Made by a program: the position numbers and the translations under genes. The notes under the pieces were generated by a model that searched no databases, was not told where the DNA came from, and worked only from the letters and a program-made list of their open reading frames with translations. Below are positions 28,338-36,341 of a stretch of 43,233 nucleotides of DNA, in pieces. Source of the stretch: Ruminococcaceae bacterium UBA737. Its GTDB lineage: Bacteria; Bacillota; Clostridia; Oscillospirales; Acutalibacteraceae. Location of the stretch: NCBI GenBank assembly GCA_002297415.1, contig DBKZ01000057.1:33351-76583 (forward strand), read 5' to 3'. Positions within the stretch are counted from its first letter, which is position 1. Every line of letters starts with the position of its first letter.

Positions 28338-29252
28338 ATGGATTTCGAAATCAAATCGGTAAAGGTGAAATCAAGCGACGGAATTCACACCTTAAGAGGC
28401 AAAATCTTTATCCCCTCAGGCGAAATCAAGGGCATACTTCATCTTGTCCACGGTATGACCGAGCACATAAACCGCTATGATTCGTTTTTTGCCGAATTTG
28501 CAAAAAACGGTTATGTCTGCTGCGGTTATGATAACTTGGGCCACGGCAAAACCGTTGACGGTAAGGATGAATTGGGCTTTATCGCGCATAAAAAGGGATA
28601 TGATTATCTTATGCGCGATGTTAAAATATTCTCCGATAAAATAAGGAAAAATTATCCTAAGGTTCCCTATATTTTAATGGGTCACAGCATGGGCTCTTTC
28701 ATAGTAAGAGGAACTGCCGTTAATTATGTAACCGACCTCGATAAGCTGATAATCTGCGGAACCGGAGGACCCAATCCGTTTTCCGCCGCAGGACTTTTAA
28801 TTACGGATATTTTAAAGCTGTTTAAAGGCGAAAAATATATTTCAAAAACAGTCGATAAAATTGCATTCGGAACATTTAACAAGCGCTTCGAGGGCGATTC
28901 GGAATACAACTGGCTGACTAAAGACCCCGAGGTTATCGGAGTTTATTCAAAAGACGAGCTTTGCACCTTTAAATTCACTGTAAGCGCAATGCACGATCTG
29001 GTTAAATTAAACCGCATTGCAAACAGTAAAAAATTCTTTAAAAAGCTTGACAAGTCTATCCCCGTACTGATTGTTTCGGGCGACAGCGACCCTGTAGGAG
29101 ACTATTCAAAGGGTGTAAAAAAGGTTTATAACAGGCTTAAAGGCGGAAGAGACGTTACCTTAAAGCTTTATGAAAACTGCAGGCATGAAATCCATAACGA
29201 TACCTGCAAAAACGAAATGATTGAGGATATTCTTGAATTTTTAGAAAAATAA
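28338..29252 (+). CDS. Alpha/beta hydrolase (lysophospholipase / monoacylglycerol lipase-like)
   Basis: 304 aa. It has the oxyanion motif HLVHGMTEH, the nucleophile elbow GHSMGS, and later SGDSDPV and CRHEIHND, which would complete a Ser-Asp-His triad. Confidence 0.8.
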   Translation: MDFEIKSVKVKSSDGIHTLRGKIFIPSGEIKGILHLVHGMTEHINRYDSFFAEFAKNGYVCCGYDNLGHGKTVDGKDELGFIAHKKGYDYLMRDVKIFSDKIRKNYPKVPYILMGHSMGSFIVRGTAVNYVTDLDKLIICGTGGPNPFSAAGLLITDILKLFKGEKYISKTVDKIAFGTFNKRFEGDSEYNWLTKDPEVIGVYSKDELCTFKFTVSAMHDLVKLNRIANSKKFFKKLDKSIPVLIVSGDSDPVGDYSKGVKKVYNRLKGGRDVTLKLYENCRHEIHNDTCKNEMIEDILEFLEK

Positions 29253-29281
29253 AAGCCCATAATAGCCTTTGAGGCGATATT

Positions 29282-29866
29282 ATGAGACTTAAAGAAAAAA
29301 CCAAGGATATTTTAAGGGTTGTTTTTTCAACCGCAATAAGCGCATGCGTATTTTTGCTGTTTGTTATAGGTTTTATAAAGCTTTGTGAAAAAACCGGTGC
29401 TATAGATTATAAATCTGCCGAAACAAAGCAAAGTAAAATTCCTTACAGTAAGGAAATCCCAGAAAACATTACTGTTTCTATCCGTTTTTTTGACGGAAGC
29501 GTGACTTTGGCTGAGTTTGACTTTAAAAATTCAAGACTTATTTTAAAAGAGGATGACAGCAAGACTAAAACCGACAGATATCTAATCGTCAGCGAAAATT
29601 CCGCCGCAGAAATTATAGACAGTATCGGCGGAATAGAAATTGAGGGAATGCGGCTGACAGGCGTTCAGGCGGTACAGAATTACAGTCAGGGAATTTTAAA
29701 TAAAAAGCAGGTAATATGCGGATTTTTTAAAAAAGCGCCCGACAATCTGACGGGAGAAAAGATTTCCGATATTCTTAACTTTTGCGAAACGGATATTACC
29801 GCTCTGGACGCTTATTATTGGAGCGATTATATTTCGAATCTTTGCAAAAACGCAAGCTATAACTGA
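29282..29866 (+). CDS. Membrane-anchored hypothetical protein with a weak LCP (LytR-CpsA-Psr)-like C-terminal motif
   Basis: 194 aa with an N-terminal TM segment (VVFSTAISACVFLLFVIGFI). IIDSIGGIEIEGMRLTGVQAVQNY resembles the LCP DxxGG...LxGxxAL motif, but the N-terminal catalytic half of an LCP domain is absent. Confidence 0.55.
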   Translation: MRLKEKTKDILRVVFSTAISACVFLLFVIGFIKLCEKTGAIDYKSAETKQSKIPYSKEIPENITVSIRFFDGSVTLAEFDFKNSRLILKEDDSKTKTDRYLIVSENSAAEIIDSIGGIEIEGMRLTGVQAVQNYSQGILNKKQVICGFFKKAPDNLTGEKISDILNFCETDITALDAYYWSDYISNLCKNASYN

Positions 29867-29880
29867 AACGGAGAAAATTT

Positions 29881-31223
29881 ATGAAAAAAAGCGGCAAAAT
29901 TTTTCGGCATATTCTTATCCTTAACGGTAGTATTATCACTTTGCTCCTGCAAGAAAAAAGCACTTGATAATTCAGATTATTCTTCTTATTTTGTATTTGG
30001 AGACAATTCCCTCTCTTCGGATCAAATCTTCGAATCGGGGGAGCCAAAATCAGAAATTACCGAAAAAACTTCCGAAAAGACCACACACGCCTGTCCCCTC
30101 TTCGGGCGGAGCCGTTATTGAAACGGTTATCAAGGACAAGGAAATAAAAAGGGTTCCGTCCGACGGAATAAGAATAAAAAGCGACAGGCTGACGGTTTTT
30201 TCGTCTCTCGGCACCGCAAGGCAGGAAATTTATAAAAAGCTTCTTGCGGCAACAGAGGAATTCACAACCGGCTGGATAGATTTAGGAAAGCTTGACGGCA
30301 ATTTTAAAAGCGACATTTCAGCGGCTTTTCAGGCATTATGCGACGATTACCCCGAAATGTTCTGGCTGCCATCAAGCTATATGTTAAGCCGCACGGAATC
30401 GGGCGAAATAGCTGTTATGTTTGATGGAAAGGCTGAGTCATATACCCTTTCTTACCTTGCCTCAAAATCCGAGGCAAAAGAGATGAAAGCGAGACTTAAC
30501 GGGGTGCTTAATTCGGTTGCGGCGGCGACCGAGAATTTAAGCTCGCAATTTGAAGCCGAGCTTTATATTCATGATTTTATCTGCAGCAATACAACCTACA
30601 ATACGAACGGAAAATATATCTATTCGGCTTATGGCGCGCTTGTAGATAAGAATGCCGTTTGCGAGGGCTATTCAAGAGCCTTTGCGCTTCTTTGCTCAAA
30701 GGCAGGAATAAACTCATTCCTTGTAAGAGGTGTGAGCAGAGGGCAAAACCACATGTGGAACACCGTAAGCATTGATAACGCTTGGTATAACATAGATGTC
30801 ACTTGGGACGATCAGAACATACAGGGAAATCCGACCTACAGCTATTTTAATTTAACCGACGCTGAATTAAACATTGACCACACCCCTGCCTCCCACATCA
30901 ATCCGAAATCGGGAGCGGCAGACGAAAGCGGATTATTTAACCTTACAAAGAACAGCTGTACTGCTGCTGAAGTGAACTATTTTGTTCATGAAAAGCTTAT
31001 TTTAAACAGCGAAAGCGAAATCGGAGAACTATCCTTTTATATTAAATGGCAGCTTGACCGAGGTAAGCATTTTGCCCAGATAAAGGTTACAAATCAAAGT
31101 CTTTTAGCGGACGCCTCGGAGCTTAGGGGAAAAATTGCCGACGCAATGCAGAGAAACTTTTCTGTGGCGCTTACGGGAATGAATTTAATACAGAATACTA
31201 ATTATATTATTGTTTACTTTTAA
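29881..31223 (+). pseudogene. Transglutaminase-like (Cys-His-Asp core) lipoprotein gene disrupted by two +1 frameshifts
   Basis: The ATG at 29881 has a GGAG ribosome-binding site, but the frame stops after 28 codons. The +1 frame from the A7 tract (29884-29890) reads KKAAKFFGIFLSLTVVLSLCSC, a signal peptide with a lipobox, and stops at 30119-30121. The third frame (track ORF 29964-31223) carries the core CEGYSRAF...HMWN...DVTWDD. Confidence 0.7.
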
Positions 31224-31232
31224 ATTTTTAAG

Positions 31233-31279
31233 CCTCTGCTTATTTTATTAGGTTAAAATCAGCAGAGGTTTATTTTTTT
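31233..31279 (+). terminator. Rho-independent terminator ending the ychF-to-transglutaminase operon
   Basis: CCTCTGCT (31233-31240) pairs with AGCAGAGG (31261-31268), followed by TTTATTTTTTT. Confidence 0.75.
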
Positions 31280-31327
31280 AAGTATTTTCTTCTTTTACAT
31301 TAAAAATTAAGAGAAATCCGGCTTTTG

Positions 31328-31356
31328 TTGACTTTATTTTAAGAATAAACTATAAT
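31328..31356 (+). promoter_or_regulatory. SigA-type promoter for the glutamine synthetase gene
   Basis: TTGACT (31328-31333), a 17-nt spacer, then TATAAT (31351-31356). Confidence 0.55.
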
Positions 31357-31404
31357 AATATTAACTTGTCAATTTTTCTTTTTTTTAATTTCGGAGGGTG
31401 TATT

Positions 31405-33489
31405 TTGACTAAAATCGAGAAATTATTCGGAAGTATGGTTTTTAATGACAGCGTGATGAAAGAGCGTCTGCCCGATACTACCTACAATTCAATAAAACAG
31501 GCAATAAAAAGAGGCGTCGGCATTGACAGCCGCATTGCGGATACTGTCGCAAATGTCATGAAGGACTGGGCTATAGAAAAGGGTGCAACACATTTTACGC
31601 ACTGGTTTCAGCCTCTTACAGGCATTACCGCCGAAAAGCATGACAGCTTTATCGCTCCTGCCTCGGACGGAACGGTTATAATGGAATTTTCGGGAAAGGA
31701 GCTTATCAAGGGCGAGCCCGACGCATCGTCATTCCCCTCGGGAGGAATAAGAGCAACCTTTGAAGCAAGAGGATATACGGCTTGGGACCCGAGCTCTTAT
31801 GCCTTTGTAAAAGATAACACGCTTTGCATTCCCACCGCGTTTTGTTCCTACGGCGGCGAGGCGCTCGACCAGAAGACTCCGCTTCTTCGCAGTATGGACG
31901 CTTTAAACAAGCAGGTTATGCGAATAATAAGGCTGTTTAAAATTCCCGATGTTGAGCATATTGATACCACCGTCGGACCCGAGCAGGAATATTTCCTTAT
32001 CGACCGTGAGCTTTTCAAAAAGCGCCCCGATTTAATGTTTTGCGGAAGAACGCTTATAGGAGCGCTTCCGCCTAAGGGACAGGAAATGGACGACCATTAT
32101 TTCGGCGTTATAAAGCCGAGGGTTGCCGCATTTATGCGCGAGCTTGACGAGGAGCTTTGGAAGCTCGGAGTGCTTGCAAAAACAGAGCATAACGAGGTCG
32201 CCCCCGCTCAGCATGAGCTGGCCCCGATTTTCACCACCACCAATATTGCGGCAGACCACAATCAGCTCACCATGGAGCTTATGAAAAAGCTTGCCGACAA
32301 GCACGGACTTGTCTGCCTGCTTCATGAAAAGCCATTTGCGGGGGTAAACGGTTCAGGCAAGCACAACAACTGGTCGCTTTCTACCGACACGGGAATAAAT
32401 CTTTTAAAGCCCGGGAAAAATCCGAGCGAAAACAAGCTGTTTTTGCTCACGCTTTGCGCTGTTATTAAAGCGGTTGACGATCATCAAGACCTTTTAAGGA
32501 TTTCCGTAGCCTCAGCAGGAAATGATCATAGATTAGGTGCCTCCGAGGCTCCCCCCGCAATTGTTTCCATGTACTTAGGCGAAGAGCTTACGGCGCTTTT
32601 AAGAGATATTGACCGCGGCGCTCATCATAACGACGCAGGCAAGGTTAAAATGACAATAGGAACCGACACAATTCCTTACATAAGAAAGGACAACACCGAC
32701 AGGAACAGAACATCTCCTTTCGCCTTTACGGGCAATAAGTTCGAATTCCGCATGCTCGGCTCCTCCGCCTCGGTTTCGGATACAAACATTATGATAAACA
32801 CCATGGTAGCGGATGTTTTCATGCAGTTTGCAGACAGGCTTGAAATGACCGACGATTTTGAAAGCGAGGTTGCGGCTATAATAAAAGAAACCATCTCGTC
32901 GCACAAAAGAATTCTGTTCGACGGAGACGGTTATTCTAAAACATGGGAAGCTGAGGCTAAAAGCAGGGGGCTTTTAAATCTTAAAAGCACTGTCGACGCA
33001 GTCCCCTATCTTTGCAGTACCGCTAATATTGAATTATTCAAACGCCACGGCGTTTTAAACAAAACGGAGCTTACCTGCCGAGCCGACACAATGCTCGAAA
33101 AATACAGCAAAATTCTGCACATAGAGGCGCTTACGCTTTGTGAAATGATAAAGCGCGATGTTATGCCGGCAATTATTAAATATACCGATAAGCTAAGCTT
33201 TACCGCCGCAAACAAGGCAAATATCGGAATAAGCGCAACTGTCGAAAAGGACCTTGCTTTCAGACTTTCGGATATTTCCTCGAAGCTTTATTCATTGACT
33301 CTTGAGCTTGAAAACGCGGTTAAAAAAGCCTCATGCGAAACAGGAATACTTGAAACCGCGCTCCTTTACAACAAAGAGGTTCTTCCCTTAATGGAAAAGA
33401 TAAGATATCTTGCCGACCGTGCGGAAAGCATCACAGCCAGAGAATACTGGCCTTATCCTACCTACGGAGACTTGCTGTTTAAGATTTAA
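31405..33489 (+). CDS. glnA: Glutamine synthetase, type III
   Basis: About 694 aa. The N-terminus (L)[22 protein letters not shown]...[12 protein letters not shown] and the overall length are typical of GS type III. I place the start at TTG 31405, which lies 7 nt after GGAGGG. The ORF-track start at 31366 falls just after the predicted -10 box. Confidence 0.9.
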   Translation: MTKIEKLFGSMVFNDSVMKERLPDTTYNSIKQAIKRGVGIDSRIADTVANVMKDWAIEKGATHFTHWFQPLTGITAEKHDSFIAPASDGTVIMEFSGKELIKGEPDASSFPSGGIRATFEARGYTAWDPSSYAFVKDNTLCIPTAFCSYGGEALDQKTPLLRSMDALNKQVMRIIRLFKIPDVEHIDTTVGPEQEYFLIDRELFKKRPDLMFCGRTLIGALPPKGQEMDDHYFGVIKPRVAAFMRELDEELWKLGVLAKTEHNEVAPAQHELAPIFTTTNIAADHNQLTMELMKKLADKHGLVCLLHEKPFAGVNGSGKHNNWSLSTDTGINLLKPGKNPSENKLFLLTLCAVIKAVDDHQDLLRISVASAGNDHRLGASEAPPAIVSMYLGEELTALLRDIDRGAHHNDAGKVKMTIGTDTIPYIRKDNTDRNRTSPFAFTGNKFEFRMLGSSASVSDTNIMINTMVADVFMQFADRLEMTDDFESEVAAIIKETISSHKRILFDGDGYSKTWEAEAKSRGLLNLKSTVDAVPYLCSTANIELFKRHGVLNKTELTCRADTMLEKYSKILHIEALTLCEMIKRDVMPAIIKYTDKLSFTAANKANIGISATVEKDLAFRLSDISSKLYSLTLELENAVKKASCETGILETALLYNKEVLPLMEKIRYLADRAESITAREYWPYPTYGDLLFKI

Positions 33490-33497
33490 TCAAAAAT

Positions 33498-33695
33498 CGG
33501 CTCCCTTCTTATTGACGAATGTCAATACAGAGGGGAGCTGTCGTTCTAGATGCTAGACATTAGATTTTAGATATTAGACCATTGTGTACCTGTCGGCACT
33601 TGAATAAACCTAAACCCTATCGGCTCAGCCTTTCAGGCTGACCCACTTCCCCTTTCGTCTAAAGGGGAAGCTTAAGACTCTGCGAAATCTAAAGC
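33498..33695 (+). repeat. Tandem unit 1 of a ~190-nt multi-hairpin element (candidate structured ncRNA / glnA 3' UTR element)
   Basis: Hairpins lie at 33500-33538, 33584-33599, 33625-33641 and 33646-33670. There are five TAGA motifs at 33547, 33554, 33561, 33568 and 33575. The unit is collinear with 33696-33886. Confidence 0.85.
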
Positions 33696-33886
33696 AAGGC
33701 TCCCTTCTTATGCGCCAGCATATAGAGGGGAGCTGTCGTTCTAGATGCTAGACATTAGATTTTAGACATTAGACCATTGTGCGCCTAACGGCACCTGAAT
33801 AAACCTAAACCCTTCCGTCAAAGCTTCGCTTTGCCACTTCCCCTGTAGTCTTTAGGGGAGGCTTGGGTTCGTGCTGAATCTAAAGC
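33696..33886 (+). repeat. Tandem unit 2 of the same element
   Basis: Hairpins lie at 33699-33733, 33779-33794, 33819-33833 and 33837-33861. TAGA motifs lie at 33742, 33749, 33756, 33763 and 33770. The stems differ from unit 1 by compensatory changes, while the single-stranded stretches are almost identical (single T/C differences at 33572/33767 and 33600/33795). Confidence 0.85.
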
Positions 33887-34429
33887 TTACACATCTTGCC
33901 TGAACGGCAAATCAAAATAATCGGCAAGGGACAAAACAACATTTCTTGCGATTTCATCAATATTATCTCTTATCCAAACCGCGTCGTCATAATTATCATG
34001 ATACGCAAATTCTATCAAAACGCTCGGCGCTCTGGTTCTTCTCACCTCGCCGAGTGTTTTTGTTTCGACAGTCCTGACATTTTCGGGAATAGGATATATC
34101 ATTTGAAGATTATTGGCAATTATATCCGCCGCCCGCCTGCCGTTTATGCTTGTCGGGTAATAATACACCTCACTGCCCCTTACATCGCCTTTTCCGCTCG
34201 CTGTTGCGTTTGAATGAAGAGCCAAATGCAAATCATATCTTCCCGCATTCGAAGCCGCTATTGAGGACGCGGCGGTCATATCGGGAGTATTTCTGTTGAA
34301 TTCAATTCCCGTAGCGTATAAATAAGGCTCCATTGCGTCGGCAATCAAATTCATATAGTATTCTTCCGTTCCGCCTATTATATAAGGGTTAAACTCCTGT
34401 GTAGACGGACTCAAATAAATTCTGGGCAT
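33887..34429 (-). CDS. N-acetylmuramoyl-L-alanine amidase (Amidase_3-type, LSPSxQ subgroup)
   Basis: 180 aa with no signal peptide. Motifs IYLSPSTQEFNPY, DLHLALHSNA, RGSEVYYY and VLIEFAYHDN are present. Confidence 0.75.
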   Translation of the reverse strand: MPRIYLSPSTQEFNPYIIGGTEEYYMNLIADAMEPYLYATGIEFNRNTPDMTAASSIAASNAGRYDLHLALHSNATASGKGDVRGSEVYYYPTSINGRRAADIIANNLQMIYPIPENVRTVETKTLGEVRRTRAPSVLIEFAYHDNYDDAVWIRDNIDEIARNVVLSLADYFDLPFRQDV

Positions 34430-34476
34430 AAAAATATCCTCCTTTTATATCAATTTATTAAAAGGAGGATATTTTT
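34430..34476 (-). terminator. 17-bp perfect hairpin with a U-tract: a terminator of the upstream gene whose 3' arm contains the amidase Shine-Dalgarno sequence
   Basis: AAAAATATCCTCCTTTT (34430-34446) pairs with AAAAGGAGGATATTTTT (34460-34476) around a 13-nt loop. On the minus strand the second arm, AAAAGGAGGAUAUUUUU, runs directly into the AUG at 34429. Confidence 0.5.
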
Positions 34477-34477
34477 A

Positions 34478-34999
34478 TTACTCGAATTCTTCCGAGATTA
34501 TTTTTTTGACTTCTGCGGAAAACCAGCAGTACATCGCCTCGCCCAGCTCCTGAAAAATCGGGTCGCCGTCATGCGAGCAGAGCATGGCAAAGGTTTGTCC
34601 CATTCTGCGCTCTACCTCGTTATGCCTGCGGTATGCAAGATAATAAAACGAAAATGCGCCCGTATCGACAGCGGTATCGTAAATCTCTTTTTCATTTGTT
34701 TTAAGATAGCTTAAAAAACTCCGATGTGCCTTTTCGCTGAGCGCCGGATTTTTTATAAACCGCTCGAAGCAGATATTTGCGGTAAACGACAGCAAAAGCC
34801 TTCTTTGAATAAGAAGCTCGTAGTCATTATTTTCTCCCTCTTCGTTAGACCTTACTGCGTCAACAAAGCAGACCGCAACCTTTTGTCCGCATGACTTAGC
34901 GCGGCTTAGCTCCTCCGAATCAGGCTCCGGCAAATCTGTTACGGAAGAAACAGCAACCGGCTTTTTCCCGAATATTTTTATGTCCTTATCCTGACACAC
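34478..34999 (-). CDS. Hypothetical protein
   Basis: 173 aa. The GTG start lies 7 nt after GAGGTG. I recognise no motif. Confidence 0.6.
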   Translation of the reverse strand: MCQDKDIKIFGKKPVAVSSVTDLPEPDSEELSRAKSCGQKVAVCFVDAVRSNEEGENNDYELLIQRRLLLSFTANICFERFIKNPALSEKAHRSFLSYLKTNEKEIYDTAVDTGAFSFYYLAYRRHNEVERRMGQTFAMLCSHDGDPIFQELGEAMYCWFSAEVKKIISEEFE

Positions 35000-35005
35000 T
35001 GTTTT

Positions 35006-35260
35006 TCACCTCGCGGTAGATTTATATTCCCTTAAAGCTTCTGCCAGCTGATCGGGACATGATGTCCCCTTAAAACCGCATTTTATTCCGCTGAGCTTTT
35101 TTATAACATCATCGACCTCCATGCCCTCTACAAGGCTTCCTATGCCTTGTAGATTGCCGTTACAGCCGCCTGTAAAACGAACGGATTTAACCCGTCCGTC
35201 ATCAATTTCAAGTTCAATTGATGAAGAACAAACCCCTTTAGTTTTATATGTAAATTTCAT
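35006..35260 (-). CDS. TSCPD-domain small protein (TIGR03905-like)
   Basis: 84 aa with GGCNGNLQGIGSLVEGM...GTSCPDQL, the TSCPD motif. It lies immediately downstream of rpoD. Confidence 0.75.
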   Translation of the reverse strand: MKFTYKTKGVCSSSIELEIDDGRVKSVRFTGGCNGNLQGIGSLVEGMEVDDVIKKLSGIKCGFKGTSCPDQLAEALREYKSTAR

Positions 35261-35274
35261 TGCCTTTATTCCTC

Positions 35275-36339
35275 TTATTTTTCTTTGAATTTATTGCTTC
35301 TTACAGGATGGCGGAGCTTTCTTAAAGCCTTTGCCTCTATCTGACGGATTCGCTCACGGGTTACATTGAACTCTGTTCCGACCTCTTCTAAGGTGTGGCA
35401 TCTGCCGTCCTGCAGACCGAAGCGCAGACGGATTACAGCCTCCTCCCTTGGAGTAAGGGTATGAAGAACGCTGTCAATATCCTCATTAGTGATGGTTTTA
35501 AGCGCAGCGTCGTCAGGCGCCAATGCCTCCTCGTCACGGATAAAGTCCATAAGTCTCGAATCCTCCTCGGGGCCTATAGGAGTTTCCATAGAAACAGGCT
35601 CCTGAGCTATTCTCATTATCTCACGGACTCTTTCAACCGGAAGATCCATTTTTTGCGCTATAAGCTCCTCGCTCGGCTCGTAACCGTTTTCATGGAGAAG
35701 CTGGCTCTGTACCTTTTTAAGCCTGTTTATGGTTTCAACCATGTGAACGGGAATTCTTATGGTTCTCGCCTGATCCGCAATGGCTCTTGTAATAGCCTGT
35801 CTTATCCACCATGTTGCATAGGTTGAGAATTTAAAGCCCTTGGTATAATCAAACTTATCAACAGCCTTTATAAGACCGACATTGCCCTCCTGAATAAGGT
35901 CAAGGAAATACATTCCTCTGCCGACATATTTCTTTGCGATACTTACAACAAGCCTTAAGTTAGCCTCGGTAAGGCGCTTTTTGGCATATTCGTCTCCCTC
36001 GCTTATCTTAACTGCAAGCTCTATTTCCTCATCATAGCTTAAAAGCGGAACTCTTCCTATTTCGCGAAGATAAACCTTAACGGGATCGTCAAGAGAAATA
36101 TTATCGATAAAGCTGTCGTCATCAAGATTGTCAATGTTCATTTCTTCGAGCTCTAACTCATCCTCGGTAGGCTCTTCATCAAAATCACGCTCTAAAATCG
36201 GAGGCTCGGCATAAAGCTCGGTTTCCTCTTCGGGGGCGTTTTCGATTTCGTCAATCGAAGCGTCCTTTTCCTCAAAGCCCTCTTCCTCTATGCTGTTTTT
36301 AACCTCTTCATTAAGCTTTTTATTTTCCTGATTTTCCAT
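35275..36339 (-). CDS. rpoD: RNA polymerase primary sigma factor
   Basis: 354 aa with an acidic N-terminus, region 2 [30 protein letters not shown], and region 4.2 [28 protein letters not shown]. Confidence 0.96.
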   Translation of the reverse strand: MENQENKKLNEEVKNSIEEEGFEEKDASIDEIENAPEEETELYAEPPILERDFDEEPTEDELELEEMNIDNLDDDSFIDNISLDDPVKVYLREIGRVPLLSYDEEIELAVKISEGDEYAKKRLTEANLRLVVSIAKKYVGRGMYFLDLIQEGNVGLIKAVDKFDYTKGFKFSTYATWWIRQAITRAIADQARTIRIPVHMVETINRLKKVQSQLLHENGYEPSEELIAQKMDLPVERVREIMRIAQEPVSMETPIGPEEDSRLMDFIRDEEALAPDDAALKTITNEDIDSVLHTLTPREEAVIRLRFGLQDGRCHTLEEVGTEFNVTRERIRQIEAKALRKLRHPVRSNKFKEK

Positions 36340-36341
36340 AT

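Noticed and set aside
29964-30060. The track ORF start (MIIQIILLILYLETIPSL...) as a genuine signal anchor for the transglutaminase-like protein.
   Set aside because: The overlapping frame gives a far more convincing lipoprotein signal peptide that is connected to a start codon with a ribosome-binding site. The hydrophobic MIIQ... reading is an out-of-frame artefact of the polar linker region.
31280-31404. A GlnR/TnrA box (TGTNA-N7-TNACA) or a glutamine riboswitch upstream of the glutamine synthetase gene.
   Set aside because: No acceptable match to the 17-bp operator was found by eye. The predicted 5' UTR is only about 40 nt, which is too short for a riboswitch.
33603-33618. A telomere-like string, AAACCTAAACCCT, in the conserved linker of each unit.
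   Set aside because: There is a single partial match to CCCTAAA in a bacterial chromosome. It is most likely a coincidence and simply part of the conserved single-stranded linker.
33498-33886. A CRISPR array, or coding tandem repeats.
   Set aside because: The units are ~190 nt and directly abut, with no spacers, so this is not a CRISPR layout. The only short ORF in unit 1 (ATG at 33520, 14 codons) is out of frame or absent in unit 2, so the repeat is not coding.
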